Shown: piece by piece, positions 1 to 7,252 of the stretch
Layout of the letters: every line of letters begins with the position of its first letter
Position numbering within the stretch: the first letter of the stretch is position 1
Assembly: GCA_038826135.1 (NCBI GenBank)
Contig: JAWBON010000039.1
Coordinates: 1-10,492, forward strand
DNA length: 10,492 bases
Reading direction: 5' to 3'
From: Candidatus Odinarchaeota archaeon
Lineage (GTDB): Archaea; Asgardarchaeota; Odinarchaeia; Odinarchaeales; Odinarchaeaceae
Translations under genes and position numbers: made by a program
Notes under the pieces: generated by a model
What the model was told of the DNA's origin: nothing
Database searches by the model: none
Seen by the model: the letters and a program-made list of their open reading frames with translations, nothing else

Positions 1-975
1 TGTCCTCAGAGTCCCTGAGAAAACCCTGCCTATTAAAGTAGGTCTCTTAGACTTCGGGTCTATGAATATTTTTGTGAACATGCCTAGAAGAGGACCACTA
101 GGATCGCATTCAGCTATTTTCTTACCTACCTCCGAGTTTACATCACCAGCCCAGATTCTACTAAGCCTATATTTCTGCGCGGTTTTAGGGTCAGGCAAGT
201 GCTGAATAACCATTCTGAGAATAGCTTCATCAAGAGGGAGATTTTGACGCAGCCATTGAATACCAGCCTCCCCCTGCTTATATTTCTCAAAAAATATAAG
301 TGGAGGAATATTCTTCTCTTTTATTATATCATATGTTACAGCCCAACCATGCTTAGCCGACCCGAAGGCCACACTATTCTTATCAAATCTAACAATCCAG
401 TTCTTCGCAAGCTCGGGTGGAGCTATTTTAAGTATAAGATCATTAACTTTATTGATTATTTGATCAAGTCTCTGGGATACCTTCTTAGGTTCCAATCTTA
501 ATTCGCTAATCAACCTGTCAACTTTATTTATAAATAAAACTGGCTTACATAGCTCAGAACCTACCGCCAGTCTTATATTAGTTTCAGTCTGAGTCATAAC
601 ACCTTCAAGCGCGTCAACCAGTATAACAGCACCATCAGACCCTCTCAGAGCACGCGACACCTCCCCGGTAAAGCTTATATGCCCCGGTGTGTCGTTAATC
701 TGAAACAGGTACTCTTCACCATTATAATCATAACTTAGCTGAGCCACACTTGTGAAAATAGTAATATTCCTAAGCTGCTCCTCAGGGTCACTATCAGTCA
801 TAAGAACCATACCCGCAGCGTCATCGCTCATCAAACCAGCCCTTCTAAGAAGGTAATCAGTCATAGTTGTTTTACCGTGATCAATATGAGCTGTTATAGA
901 AAATATTCTCCGCCGCTCATAAGGACAATTAGTAATAAGATTCCTTATCTCATCAGCATTTCTTATCTTCACCAT
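1..975 (-). CDS. fusA: Translation elongation factor 2 family GTPase, N-terminal 325 aa (3' end outside window); probably the divergent archaeal EF-2 paralog (aEF-2p)
   Basis: My translation of the minus strand from ATG 975 is open to base 1: MVKIRNADEIRNL...RRIFSITAHIDHGKTTMTDYLLRRAG...EEQLRNITI...INDTPGHISFTGEVSRALRGSDGAVILVDALEGVMTQTET...FINKVDRLI...AFGSAKHGW...QHLPDPKTAQKYR...GRVFSGTL. It has G1 AHIDHGKT, G2 RNITI, G3 DTPGH and G4 NKVD, plus EF-2 domain II GRVFSGT. GGTGA SD at 985-981, 5 nt before the ATG. The symbol marks the family; orthology to canonical fusA is doubtful. Confidence 0.95.
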   Translation of the reverse strand, partial: MVKIRNADEIRNLITNCPYERRRIFSITAHIDHGKTTMTDYLLRRAGLMSDDAAGMVLMTDSDPEEQLRNITIFTSVAQLSYDYNGEEYLFQINDTPGHISFTGEVSRALRGSDGAVILVDALEGVMTQTETNIRLAVGSELCKPVLFINKVDRLISELRLEPKKVSQRLDQIINKVNDLILKIAPPELAKNWIVRFDKNSVAFGSAKHGWAVTYDIIKEKNIPPLIFFEKYKQGEAGIQWLRQNLPLDEAILRMVIQHLPDPKTAQKYRLSRIWAGDVNSEVGKKIAECDPSGPLLGMFTKIFIDPKSKRPTLIGRVFSGTLRT

Positions 976-1240
976 ATCGTTCACCGCTTAAAATCAAATT
1001 AACTATTAAAAGCTTAACTATTAAGCTACTGTCAAACTGTTAAAATAGACTTAGGCTTTCAAAAAGCCTAAACTATAAGTTTCACACTATCCTCCATATT
1101 TATTATTTATAAACGTGAAAATTTAAGCCAATACCATTTTTAAATTTTTGCATATAATAACTAATATACGTCTTAAAAAAAGTAATAAGCAACTACTAAT
1201 TTAAAGTTACATTAAATGGCTATTATATTGGAGGCATCAA
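976..1240. promoter_or_regulatory. Divergent promoter region between the EF-2 gene and the GT-C gene, with TATA-like boxes and two palindromes
   Basis: AT-rich intergenic region. Minus-strand TTTTAATA at 1011-1004, palindromic TTTATAAA at 1106-1113, inverted repeats at 1011-1027 and 1051-1071. SD motifs GGTGA (985-981, minus) and GGAGG (1230-1234, plus). Which TATA-like box is functional cannot be decided from sequence. Confidence 0.5.
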
Positions 1241-2743
1241 GTGAATAAAACCTATTATTTACATTTTCTAAATACTGCTATTCTGATAGTTGTTTCTCTA
1301 GCTGCCCGCGTGATTTACAATCCTTTAAGGTCGACTGGTAACCTTTACCCTGACGAAGCTTATTATTTAGTAAATTCAAGAGATATCACTAATATATTGT
1401 CTAATCCTATCTGCTTTTTTAGATCTGCCTCTTTAATAACTTATTATGTGGTATATTTATTGTTCGGTTTTTCACTAGATGTTTTTATTTGGGTAAATTA
1501 TATTTACGGTGTTTTACTAACTATAGTCACATACGGTGTAGTATTTGATATTACAAAAAACTTATTGAAAGCCTCACTAAGTGGTATTTTTATAACTTTA
1601 AGCAGTTTTTTTATCCATGCAAGTCAAAGTAATCTAATTGATCTGCCGATTGTTTTCTGGATAGTTGTCTTATTTTATTTTTTATATAAAAGTCATCATG
1701 ATAGAAGATTTATTTTACCGGCGATAATAACAATGGCGATATGTTTTTTCACAAAAGAAGTGGCTTTTTATGCGGTGCCAATCTTAGTCCTCGTCAACTT
1801 ACTCTTCATCAAAGATTATAGAATCCGATTTATGAGTATTGTCCTTTTAGTTATTAGTGTTATTGCCATAGGATTTTTAATCGGCGGTTATATTGAATTC
1901 CGGGGATATTCGGAATTATTATCAATAAATAATATTGAGAGATTTTTATTTAACTTAGCTAATATTATTATAACAAATTTTTATTTATTATTTAACATAT
2001 TTATTTGGACGTATGAAAAATATCTTACAATTTTAACCTGTATTATTATCATTTATCTCATATTAAAAACCGTTCATTACAAGCAAATATATTTTTTTGA
2101 AACTTCAATATTCTTTTTCACCGTTTTATTCTATTTAGCATTACTATATATTAACCCGGCTAAAATTTTTTTAAACCTTGGTTGGAGATATCTACTAACC
2201 TCCATATTCGGCTTAATAATATTATTCAGCGTATTTCTATCAGACTTAATTTATTTGATAAGATTTAACTTATACCCCAGAATTACTAGTATTAGTTTAA
2301 TTAATAACGATCACCCAAGTCGATGGAAAATCGTAATGAAAACTATGCTCCTAATCTTCTTAATTTTACTACCAATCTACTACATTTTCTCTGAGATAAG
2401 CTTCTACAACAGATACGTAGGAGTGACGATATATGAGTACGATAGTCTAAGAACAGCCTCCTTAATGGTAACGAATTTAAAACAAAGTAATGAGAGCGTA
2501 ATATTAACCCCATTTATGTATCAGGTGATGGTATGGAGTGATTTTAAATTTGAAAACTATTACACTTTTCCAAGAAACCAAATAACACTTATAAATTTAC
2601 TTAACGAAACAGTTTTCGACTATATCATAGTATCCGAGTGGTGGAGCTACCATCCTTTTGAACTCATTCAAGAAAATTATACACTAGTATATTCAGTAAC
2701 AGATATCGCGAACCGCACTACAAACATATATAAATCATTATAA
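1241..2743 (+). CDS. GT-C fold glycosyltransferase, ArnT/PMT_2 (GT39/GT83-like) family polytopic membrane protein
   Basis: 500 aa with many hydrophobic segments. Acidic DE motif after TM1 (YPDEAYY, D38-E39), a second acidic site (SNLIDLP), a TKE motif, an RY motif (GWRYLLTS) and a small soluble C-terminal domain. GTG start 6 nt after GGAGG. Confidence 0.75.
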   Translation: MNKTYYLHFLNTAILIVVSLAARVIYNPLRSTGNLYPDEAYYLVNSRDITNILSNPICFFRSASLITYYVVYLLFGFSLDVFIWVNYIYGVLLTIVTYGVVFDITKNLLKASLSGIFITLSSFFIHASQSNLIDLPIVFWIVVLFYFLYKSHHDRRFILPAIITMAICFFTKEVAFYAVPILVLVNLLFIKDYRIRFMSIVLLVISVIAIGFLIGGYIEFRGYSELLSINNIERFLFNLANIIITNFYLLFNIFIWTYEKYLTILTCIIIIYLILKTVHYKQIYFFETSIFFFTVLFYLALLYINPAKIFLNLGWRYLLTSIFGLIILFSVFLSDLIYLIRFNLYPRITSISLINNDHPSRWKIVMKTMLLIFLILLPIYYIFSEISFYNRYVGVTIYEYDSLRTASLMVTNLKQSNESVILTPFMYQVMVWSDFKFENYYTFPRNQITLINLLNETVFDYIIVSEWWSYHPFELIQENYTLVYSVTDIANRTTNIYKSL

Positions 2744-2780
2744 AATTTAGATAATTGATTAGCTGTTTATAACATGACTC

Positions 2781-3299
2781 TCATTTCAGCTTATTAACAA
2801 TTGTTTTAACCAGTGTTGTGAAGGCTTCTTCTATGTTTTCCCCTGTTTTCGCGCTTGTTTCAAAGTAACTGTAACCTGTTTCATTGATTAGTTTGTTAAT
2901 ATGTTTGGGTTCAACTTCTATAGCTATTTTTAAATCGTTTTTATTTCCTAAGATGATGATTGGAATATCCGGCTTAGAGTATTCTTTCACTTTATTAATC
3001 CAAGCGGGGAGACTATCAAGTGTTTTCAGCTTAGTCAGGTCGAAGACTGCTATACAGCCGTCCGCTCCTTTGAAATAGCTTTTATGCATGATCTCCCAGC
3101 CTTTCTGCCCAGCTATATCCCAGATGGATATATCCACGGTTTTATTGTTAATATTTAACTGTTTAAAGTATATGTCAACGCCTAGGGTTGGCAGATATTC
3201 TGTTCTGAATTTTTCTTTTATATATCCTCTAACTAGACTTGTTTTACCAACAGCAGCGTCTCCTACAATAATTATTTTTAAAGCAAGTTTGCTCTGCAA
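2781..3299 (-). CDS. Rab-like small GTPase (Ras superfamily)
   Basis: G1 GDAAVGKT, G2 PTLGVD, G3 WDIAGQ, G4 GNKND, G5 ETSAK. RabF-like segments LGVDI, YFKGA and AVFDLT. TTG start 6 nt after AGGCG. Confidence 0.95.
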   Translation of the reverse strand: MQSKLALKIIIVGDAAVGKTSLVRGYIKEKFRTEYLPTLGVDIYFKQLNINNKTVDISIWDIAGQKGWEIMHKSYFKGADGCIAVFDLTKLKTLDSLPAWINKVKEYSKPDIPIIILGNKNDLKIAIEVEPKHINKLINETGYSYFETSAKTGENIEEAFTTLVKTIVNKLK

Positions 3300-3406
3300 G
3301 TATAACGCCTGTTTAACAAGGTTTTTATTATGACTGTTACTTTTAATATAATAAAATTATTCTCATATCGTTTTAAACATAGTTTTTAACAATTGACGGT
3401 GGTATT

Positions 3407-4018
3407 GTGCCGGAGGATTGGGAGACACAATGGGGTAGAACGTGGTCTAATGTACCTGTTTGGTGGGCTATACTCTGGAGAGGCTATAAACGATTACTTA
3501 AAGATGTGAAGTTAAAATCTCCTAGGATAATGGAGCTGGGATGCGGGAGTGGTCGAACTTCACTGGCATTAGCTAAATTATTTAAAGGGGAAGTTACATT
3601 GGTGGATAATTCTAAGGCTGCGATCAGTAAAGCGAAACAGGTTTTTCACGGTCAGGATGTTAATGTCAGGTTTATTGCAGGGGATTTATTTTCATTGAAA
3701 TTAGATGGAGGTTATGATCTTGTTCACAGTGAAGGTTTAATCGAGCATTTTCAGGGGGAGACGCTTAACAGACTGATTAAACTTCACAGCTTACTTTGTA
3801 ATCCGGATGGTTATGTTATTATTTTCGCTCCCACTCCATCTAAAACCTATATTTTATGGCGGTTTATACAGGAAAGGCTCGGGGTATGGTATTACGGTGA
3901 TGAGAAACCTATGTTGGAGAACCAGCTTAAAAAGCTGTGCTCAGATAATGGGCTTAATGTTTTGAAGACTGTTAAAACACCCTTCCAAGTAGGTGTTTTA
4001 TGCCAGCCTAGAAGGTGA
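3407..4018 (+). CDS. Class I SAM-dependent methyltransferase (Methyltransf_11/25-like)
   Basis: Motif I MELGCGSG, motif II LVDNS, GDLF, and post-motif YDLVHSEGLIEHF. GTG start 4 nt after GGTGG (3398-3402). Confidence 0.9.
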   Translation: MPEDWETQWGRTWSNVPVWWAILWRGYKRLLKDVKLKSPRIMELGCGSGRTSLALAKLFKGEVTLVDNSKAAISKAKQVFHGQDVNVRFIAGDLFSLKLDGGYDLVHSEGLIEHFQGETLNRLIKLHSLLCNPDGYVIIFAPTPSKTYILWRFIQERLGVWYYGDEKPMLENQLKKLCSDNGLNVLKTVKTPFQVGVLCQPRR

Positions 4019-4042
4019 GGTGAAAATTCGTTTTATAGGTGA

Positions 4043-5563
4043 TTGCCTTTGAAGATTATGCTTATAGTTCCTCCGCTTAATTTTAGGAGAAGCTACAGAG
4101 AGCTTTATGAAGAGTACACATGTGATGGGAGCCTCCCCCCGATGGGGTTAATGTATTTAACCGCTGTTCTCAAAGCGAGTAATTTCGATGTGAAATTATT
4201 AGATCTCAGCACTATACCGTTCACGCTTGAATATTTTAGGAAGATTATTAAAGATTATGGCCCTGACATTGTAGGTTTTTCAATAATAGCTGACGCGGTA
4301 AACACTAGTATAATACTGGCTGGCGAGGTTAAAAAAGTGAATCCTAACTGTCTTGTAGTAGGAGGGGGTATATCACCAACATTTCTATACCGTGAAATAT
4401 TAACGCATTCGCCTTCATTTGATATAATAGTGAGGGGTGAAGGGGAATACGCGATATTAAAGATAGCGGAACTGGTGGAGAAGAACAGTATCTGGGGGAG
4501 GGTTGAAAAATTAAAAGGTGTAGCATATCATAAACCCGGTAATGGAATTAAAGTTAGCAATGGAATTAATCTTATCAGCGACCTTGACGAGCTGCCTATG
4601 CCAGATCGTTCAGCGCTAACATTCAATTACACCTATCAGTTCGGTCAATTAGAGCTTAGCTCTAAAAAATTCACAACAATATTAACTTCTAGAGGCTGCC
4701 CGTTTCAATGCAAGTTTTGCGCTTGCTCAGCTTTCACTCAATCAAATTATAGGCATCGGTCGCCTGAAAAAGTCTTAGATGAGTTTGAACACCTCTATTC
4801 TCAAGGTTACAGGCAGGTTTTAATAAGCGACGACCATTTTTTTCTAACACCTAAGAGGACTATCAGCATTCTAAAAGGCCTCAGAAACAGACATATAGAT
4901 ATGGATATTATCTGTGAAAGCAGAGTTGACTTCGCTAGAAGTGAAGTTTTACATGAAGCTGAGAAGAGCGGTGTTAAATCGATCTTCTACGGGATGGAGT
5001 CCGGTAGTCAGAAGGTTTTAGACTATTACCAGAAGAAGATTACAGTACCCCAGATTATTGAGGCTGTTAAAAAAACAAGGGACGCTGGGATTAACATGGT
5101 GGTAGGGTCTTTTATGTTTGGAGCGCCCGGTGAAACATGGAATGATATGCTACAAACAGTGAAATTAATTTTAAGTCTAGATATAGATGTTCCGATATTG
5201 AATATAGTGGATGTTTTACCCGGTACAGGATTGTGGTTTGAAGCTGAGAAGCGCGGCATCCTACCCTCCGACGCTTGGAGGAAGACTGTTAACGCTGCTA
5301 GAATATTCCCTGAAACAGTCCCGGTTGAACGCATAAAATTTTTAATAGATAAAACTTACGACTTATTCATTAAGAGAGGGCGTTATATAGGAAAACAGTT
5401 GGTGAGGACTTTCGGAGATAAGTGGAGGCGGGAATTAGTGTACAGGAATATAAGAAGACTTGGCTTAAACAGAATCACCTCTGTTTTCAAAGAATACACA
5501 TCCTCGCGTCGCATGTATAAATACCAGTTAAAGAAAAATGAATTAGTTGAAGCGGCGGATTAA
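4043..5563 (+). CDS. Cobalamin (B12)-binding radical SAM protein (class B-type architecture); true start probably TTG 4049
   Basis: N-terminal B12-binding domain (PPMGLMYLTAVL, PDIVGFS, VVGGG, DIIVRGEGE), SRGCPFQCKFC CxxxCxxC (C219, C223, C226; nt 4697-4720), and FYGMESGSQKVL. GGTGA at 4038-4042 directly abuts TTG 4043 but lies 6 nt before the in-frame TTG 4049. Confidence 0.92.
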   Translation: MPLKIMLIVPPLNFRRSYRELYEEYTCDGSLPPMGLMYLTAVLKASNFDVKLLDLSTIPFTLEYFRKIIKDYGPDIVGFSIIADAVNTSIILAGEVKKVNPNCLVVGGGISPTFLYREILTHSPSFDIIVRGEGEYAILKIAELVEKNSIWGRVEKLKGVAYHKPGNGIKVSNGINLISDLDELPMPDRSALTFNYTYQFGQLELSSKKFTTILTSRGCPFQCKFCACSAFTQSNYRHRSPEKVLDEFEHLYSQGYRQVLISDDHFFLTPKRTISILKGLRNRHIDMDIICESRVDFARSEVLHEAEKSGVKSIFYGMESGSQKVLDYYQKKITVPQIIEAVKKTRDAGINMVVGSFMFGAPGETWNDMLQTVKLILSLDIDVPILNIVDVLPGTGLWFEAEKRGILPSDAWRKTVNAARIFPETVPVERIKFLIDKTYDLFIKRGRYIGKQLVRTFGDKWRRELVYRNIRRLGLNRITSVFKEYTSSRRMYKYQLKKNELVEAAD

Positions 5564-7235
5564 CTTGGATAATAAACCTTTGATTATAAGCGTGACACTG
5601 GTTTTCACTCTAAGTATTCTAATAAAATTAGTGAATATTCTACGCTTCCCAGTGCTGCCTACAGCGTTCGATCCATGGTATCACATGTCAATTGTCAACT
5701 CGATTATTGAACACGGTTACGTGGATATAGCGGTTTACAGGGGTGGTATCCTACTCCACTTATTAACAGCTGTAATACACTTGGTAACAGGTATAAGTGT
5801 TTTCGATATAGTGAAATATCTTCCTTTATTTCTAGGCCCGTTAACAGTTTTCTGCATGTACCATCTTGTAAGAAATGTTACAGATAACCCGAAAATAGTA
5901 ATTTTATCCGTGTTCTCTTTAACAAGTTTATCATTCAGTTTTATTTTCGCTACAAACCAGTTTTGGCCCGAACTTCTCACTCTTCCTTTAATGATTCTAA
6001 GCTTAAGCTTTTTTTTAAAAGCTGTTTTCAAAAACAGCGCCAGCTCAGCTGTTCTAAGCGTTTTCCTCTACGCGTGTATCGTTTTAACACATGATTTCTC
6101 AGCTCTTATGGCGTTTATAATGATAACTTCAACTATGATTTTCACACTTGTTGGCACTGGTAGAGTTTCAAAGTATTCTATAATCATCGTAGCATCCTGT
6201 TTCTCAATAATAACTGTTTGGAGTCTAATGTTTACAACCGCAGCGGTTTTAGCAAGCATCCTATCCAAAATCTATTTTCTAATACCGGTTTTAGGGCTCA
6301 CGCTCTCATTAATAATCTATATATTTAAAAGAATAAAAGTGGAAGGCGATTATGACAGCGTGCATTTCTCCAAGTTAACATACCCTCTCTGGGGTTTTTT
6401 CACGTTAATAGGTTTAATTTTAACCCTAATAGTTACTATTGTACCCCCATTCTCCTATCTGCTAGCCCCTACAATAGAATATTTGGTGATAGCATTACCC
6501 GGTACTGTAGTATTCTTATCATTGATCAGTTTAGGAGCGTTAATAATATTTCAAAACTTTCATAAACAGTCTAGTATAATAGTCGGTATTATCGCTGGCC
6601 CGGTTGCTACACTCCTATTACCGTATATACTCTACTTGGTTGCGTTGCCGATAATTGAAACTGAAAGAATCCTAGAATTCGCCTCTATAGGAGGTGCTTT
6701 AATATGCGGTTTAGCTTTAAGTGTAATTTTACAGGGTGTATTCAACTCCAGCAGTCAAATTAAAAGAAAAATTTACACAGGTATTCTAATACCAGCAATC
6801 TGTATCGGTGTGTTTTCATCTATTATATGGGCTTATCCTACACCTAGTGGCGGTTTAAAATATTTAAACTGGAACACGTACTCCGAGCTGGATTTAGCTT
6901 TATGGGCTTCACATCATATTCAAGGACAGACTGTAATTTCTGATTGGCGTATAGGATATATTCTAACAGGTTTCATGGCGGATCCTCCGAATTATAGTAT
7001 TATAGTTAATGCGCTGCTATTATATGAAGACAATAGAAGTGTAGTTATCTCAATCCCGCATAAACTAGGATTATACATGGTTTTAGATGATTGGATGATT
7101 TTAAACGGGCCTACACAACCACCCACATATGGGTTAACTGAGCCTCTTGAAAACTCTAAGAATTATTACGATGGTAGCAGCGAGTACGTGAAAATATACG
7201 ATAACGGCTATGAATGGATATATTTTACAGAGTAG
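5547..7235 (+). CDS. AglB/STT3-like GT-C fold membrane protein (putative glycosyltransferase) lacking the canonical WWDYG motif; true start probably TTG 5565
   Basis: Roughly a dozen hydrophobic segments by eye. FDPWYH after TM1 (nt 5670-5684) resembles the STT3/AglB EL1 motif. ETERILEF lies late in the membrane region. The C-terminal soluble domain ELDLALWASHHIQGQTVISDWRIGYIL matches the AglB layout around SWWDYGY. TTG 5565 lies 6 nt after GGCGG and 1 nt after the radical SAM stop. Confidence 0.65.
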   Translation: MKRRINLDNKPLIISVTLVFTLSILIKLVNILRFPVLPTAFDPWYHMSIVNSIIEHGYVDIAVYRGGILLHLLTAVIHLVTGISVFDIVKYLPLFLGPLTVFCMYHLVRNVTDNPKIVILSVFSLTSLSFSFIFATNQFWPELLTLPLMILSLSFFLKAVFKNSASSAVLSVFLYACIVLTHDFSALMAFIMITSTMIFTLVGTGRVSKYSIIIVASCFSIITVWSLMFTTAAVLASILSKIYFLIPVLGLTLSLIIYIFKRIKVEGDYDSVHFSKLTYPLWGFFTLIGLILTLIVTIVPPFSYLLAPTIEYLVIALPGTVVFLSLISLGALIIFQNFHKQSSIIVGIIAGPVATLLLPYILYLVALPIIETERILEFASIGGALICGLALSVILQGVFNSSSQIKRKIYTGILIPAICIGVFSSIIWAYPTPSGGLKYLNWNTYSELDLALWASHHIQGQTVISDWRIGYILTGFMADPPNYSIIVNALLLYEDNRSVVISIPHKLGLYMVLDDWMILNGPTQPPTYGLTEPLENSKNYYDGSSEYVKIYDNGYEWIYFTE

Positions 7236-7252
7236 TTTAATAACAGTTTATC

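Noticed and set aside
199-501. 100 aa plus-strand ORF from the track
   Set aside because: Antisense shadow of the EF-2 family gene, which has clear GTPase motifs on the minus strand.
2884-3333. Plus-strand ORFs 2884-3078 and 3088-3333
   Set aside because: Antisense to the Rab-like GTPase, with no motifs.
4344-6268. Minus-strand ORFs 4344-4526, 5026-5334, 5735-6031 and 6068-6268
   Set aside because: Short antisense shadows inside the radical SAM and GT-C genes.
6460-6485. APTIEY in the AglB-like protein as a TIXE motif
   Set aside because: The register is T-I-E-Y rather than T-I-x-E, so it was not counted as OST evidence.
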